Below the pieces are notes generated by a model. The model did not search any database, was not told where the DNA came from, and was given only the letters and a program-made list of their open reading frames with translations. Below are positions 62,099 to 64,000 of a DNA stretch of 64,000 bases, piece by piece. The translations under genes were made by a program, and so were the position numbers. The stretch is from the human T2T-CHM13v2.0 reference genome, Homo sapiens, in the NCBI GenBank assembly GCA_009914755.4, contig CP086569.2, positions 4,384,001 through 4,448,000 of the forward strand, read 5' to 3'. The stretch's first letter is position 1, and each line of letters starts with the position of its first letter.

Positions 62099-63271
62099 TC
62101 ACTTTCAAATGGATTTTCATAAGAGCATTAGCAAAAATGCCAGTTTTATGAAAGTTCAGACACTGTAACACATGGCCAAGGTATTACCAAGCTAAATATA
62201 TGATTATTTTCTTCCCCCCCGCCCTTTAAGAATGAATACATACACAGGAAGAGTGTCTAGGAAATCTCCACATACCCCATTCCCAAACATACACAAAAAT
62301 TAGCTAGGTTTCGGTAAAAACAAAATGTCATAAGGGGGAGCATTTAGGTGTGGTTGACTTTTTAAAGTTCTGAATATAATAATACAAAATCTGTTTAAAT
62401 ATTTGAAATGTTTTAAGAACATACTGACAGGCTGCTAGTTTCATTATTGAATGTTTCTTCCAGAGAATCTTCAGTTTCCCAAAGGAGTTGTGTGCACAAT
62501 TGCTTTTGCTATTATTAATTTATGGTAACTTGTTCACTTGTTCTCAAGTAGTTCTGTTTGTAGCTACATTTTATGGTGTGCCACTAAACTGCAATAGTCT
62601 CTGAGTGCATTTCTTAAGCAAAATATAAGGTAATTACAATGGTAGCTTGACAATGAAAGAGGAAAACATTCTACTCTATACATGACTACTTTATCTTCAT
62701 GTTTTTAATAGTCTATGGAACAAATTAATTGTTAACAACAAAGTTCCTAACCTATAGTCAGAATAAATTCCACCTATATTGTTCATAAACATCTCAGCAA
62801 CTATCAAAGTGTTTACTTACATAAGGTAGGAAATGATAAATTATGTAAAATGATTGTTTGGAAATAAAACCAGTAACTAGACATTCTTTTAGAATGTCTC
62901 CTCAAAGCAAATTCTACTTTTAGGTGTTTTTTTATCCTACCTGTCTCCTTCTCATGAAAATCTCATATTCAATTTCACAGCACCACTGTTTCAATAGAGA
63001 TTACTATCCCCTTTAAGAAGAAGATTATTGGCCAAGCCCAAAACTAATAATAATTTGATTACTGGAAATTATTTATTTCAGATGAGACAATTTATTGATC
63101 AGTATTTAGGTTTAAGTAAACAAAAGACTTTAATTTTGTCTAAAAATTAATTTATAAAAATGGAAATAGTGGCCAGATACCAACTCTTGACAGCTTTGCC
63201 AGATTAGATGACTTCTATCTGGTGACAAGGGATTAAGATTCCCAAGAAAGAATTAAAAATATTCAATATTG

Positions 63272-63620
<349 letters not shown>

Positions 63621-64000
63621 TTAATATTTTACATTTATGAGGCTTCTTTTGGTACTAATAGTACAAAGAATTAATGTACTAAAAACATAATTTCACAATA
63701 GCTAATGAAACTCATAGGACGGTCTTGTGAATACATATTGGAATAGCTTTAAAAACCGTCATCATATGGTTTTAACATGAAGTATTCAATAAGGGTGCAA
63801 AGTGAGACATAGTTCAAATTTTACAGACTTACGTTTCCTTTCTCAGCCTCTGAACTAGTGTCTAAAATTATTCATCAGCATAACTACTCTAGAATACATT
63901 TTGGTTTCTTAAATATGACCTTTTATGATGGAATGAGTTTAGTTCTACTAAAAAATGAATTAATGGGGCAGAAGAAGGGAAGTGAAAACGAAGTGAATAA

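Overview
This window is primate (almost certainly human) nuclear DNA: AT-rich, repeat-dense and non-genic. It is not a prokaryotic locus, so operon, defence-system and CRISPR logic do not apply. I found no CRISPR array, tRNA, rRNA or credible intact protein-coding gene. Every ORF over 100 aa in the six-frame track is either an L1 ORF1/ORF2 remnant, an antisense or sense Alu translation, or a GC-rich L1 5'UTR or unassigned stretch. More than half the window is LINE-1 sequence. It contains at least eleven L1 copies or fragments from several age classes and ten Alu elements (AluY, AluS, and one FLAM/AluJ monomer). Many Alus have recognisable target-site duplications and sit inside older L1s. There is also one MaLR (THE1/MST-type) solo LTR and a handful of microsatellites and short tandem duplications. 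The most notable structure is a roughly 5.1 kb L1PA insertion at 46960-52048. Its 5' part is inverted relative to its 3' part, as expected for twin priming, and it is flanked by a perfect 14-16 bp target-site duplication that splits an older L1 ORF2. A second notable item is a near-consensus AluY at 63272 with perfect TSDs whose A-tail has seeded a (TA)n repeat, which makes it a candidate polymorphic insertion. I found no novel biological system beyond mobile-element biology and I say so plainly. All coordinates are read by eye from the sequence and may be off by a few bp. Subfamily calls are from memory of consensus sequences, not from a database search.
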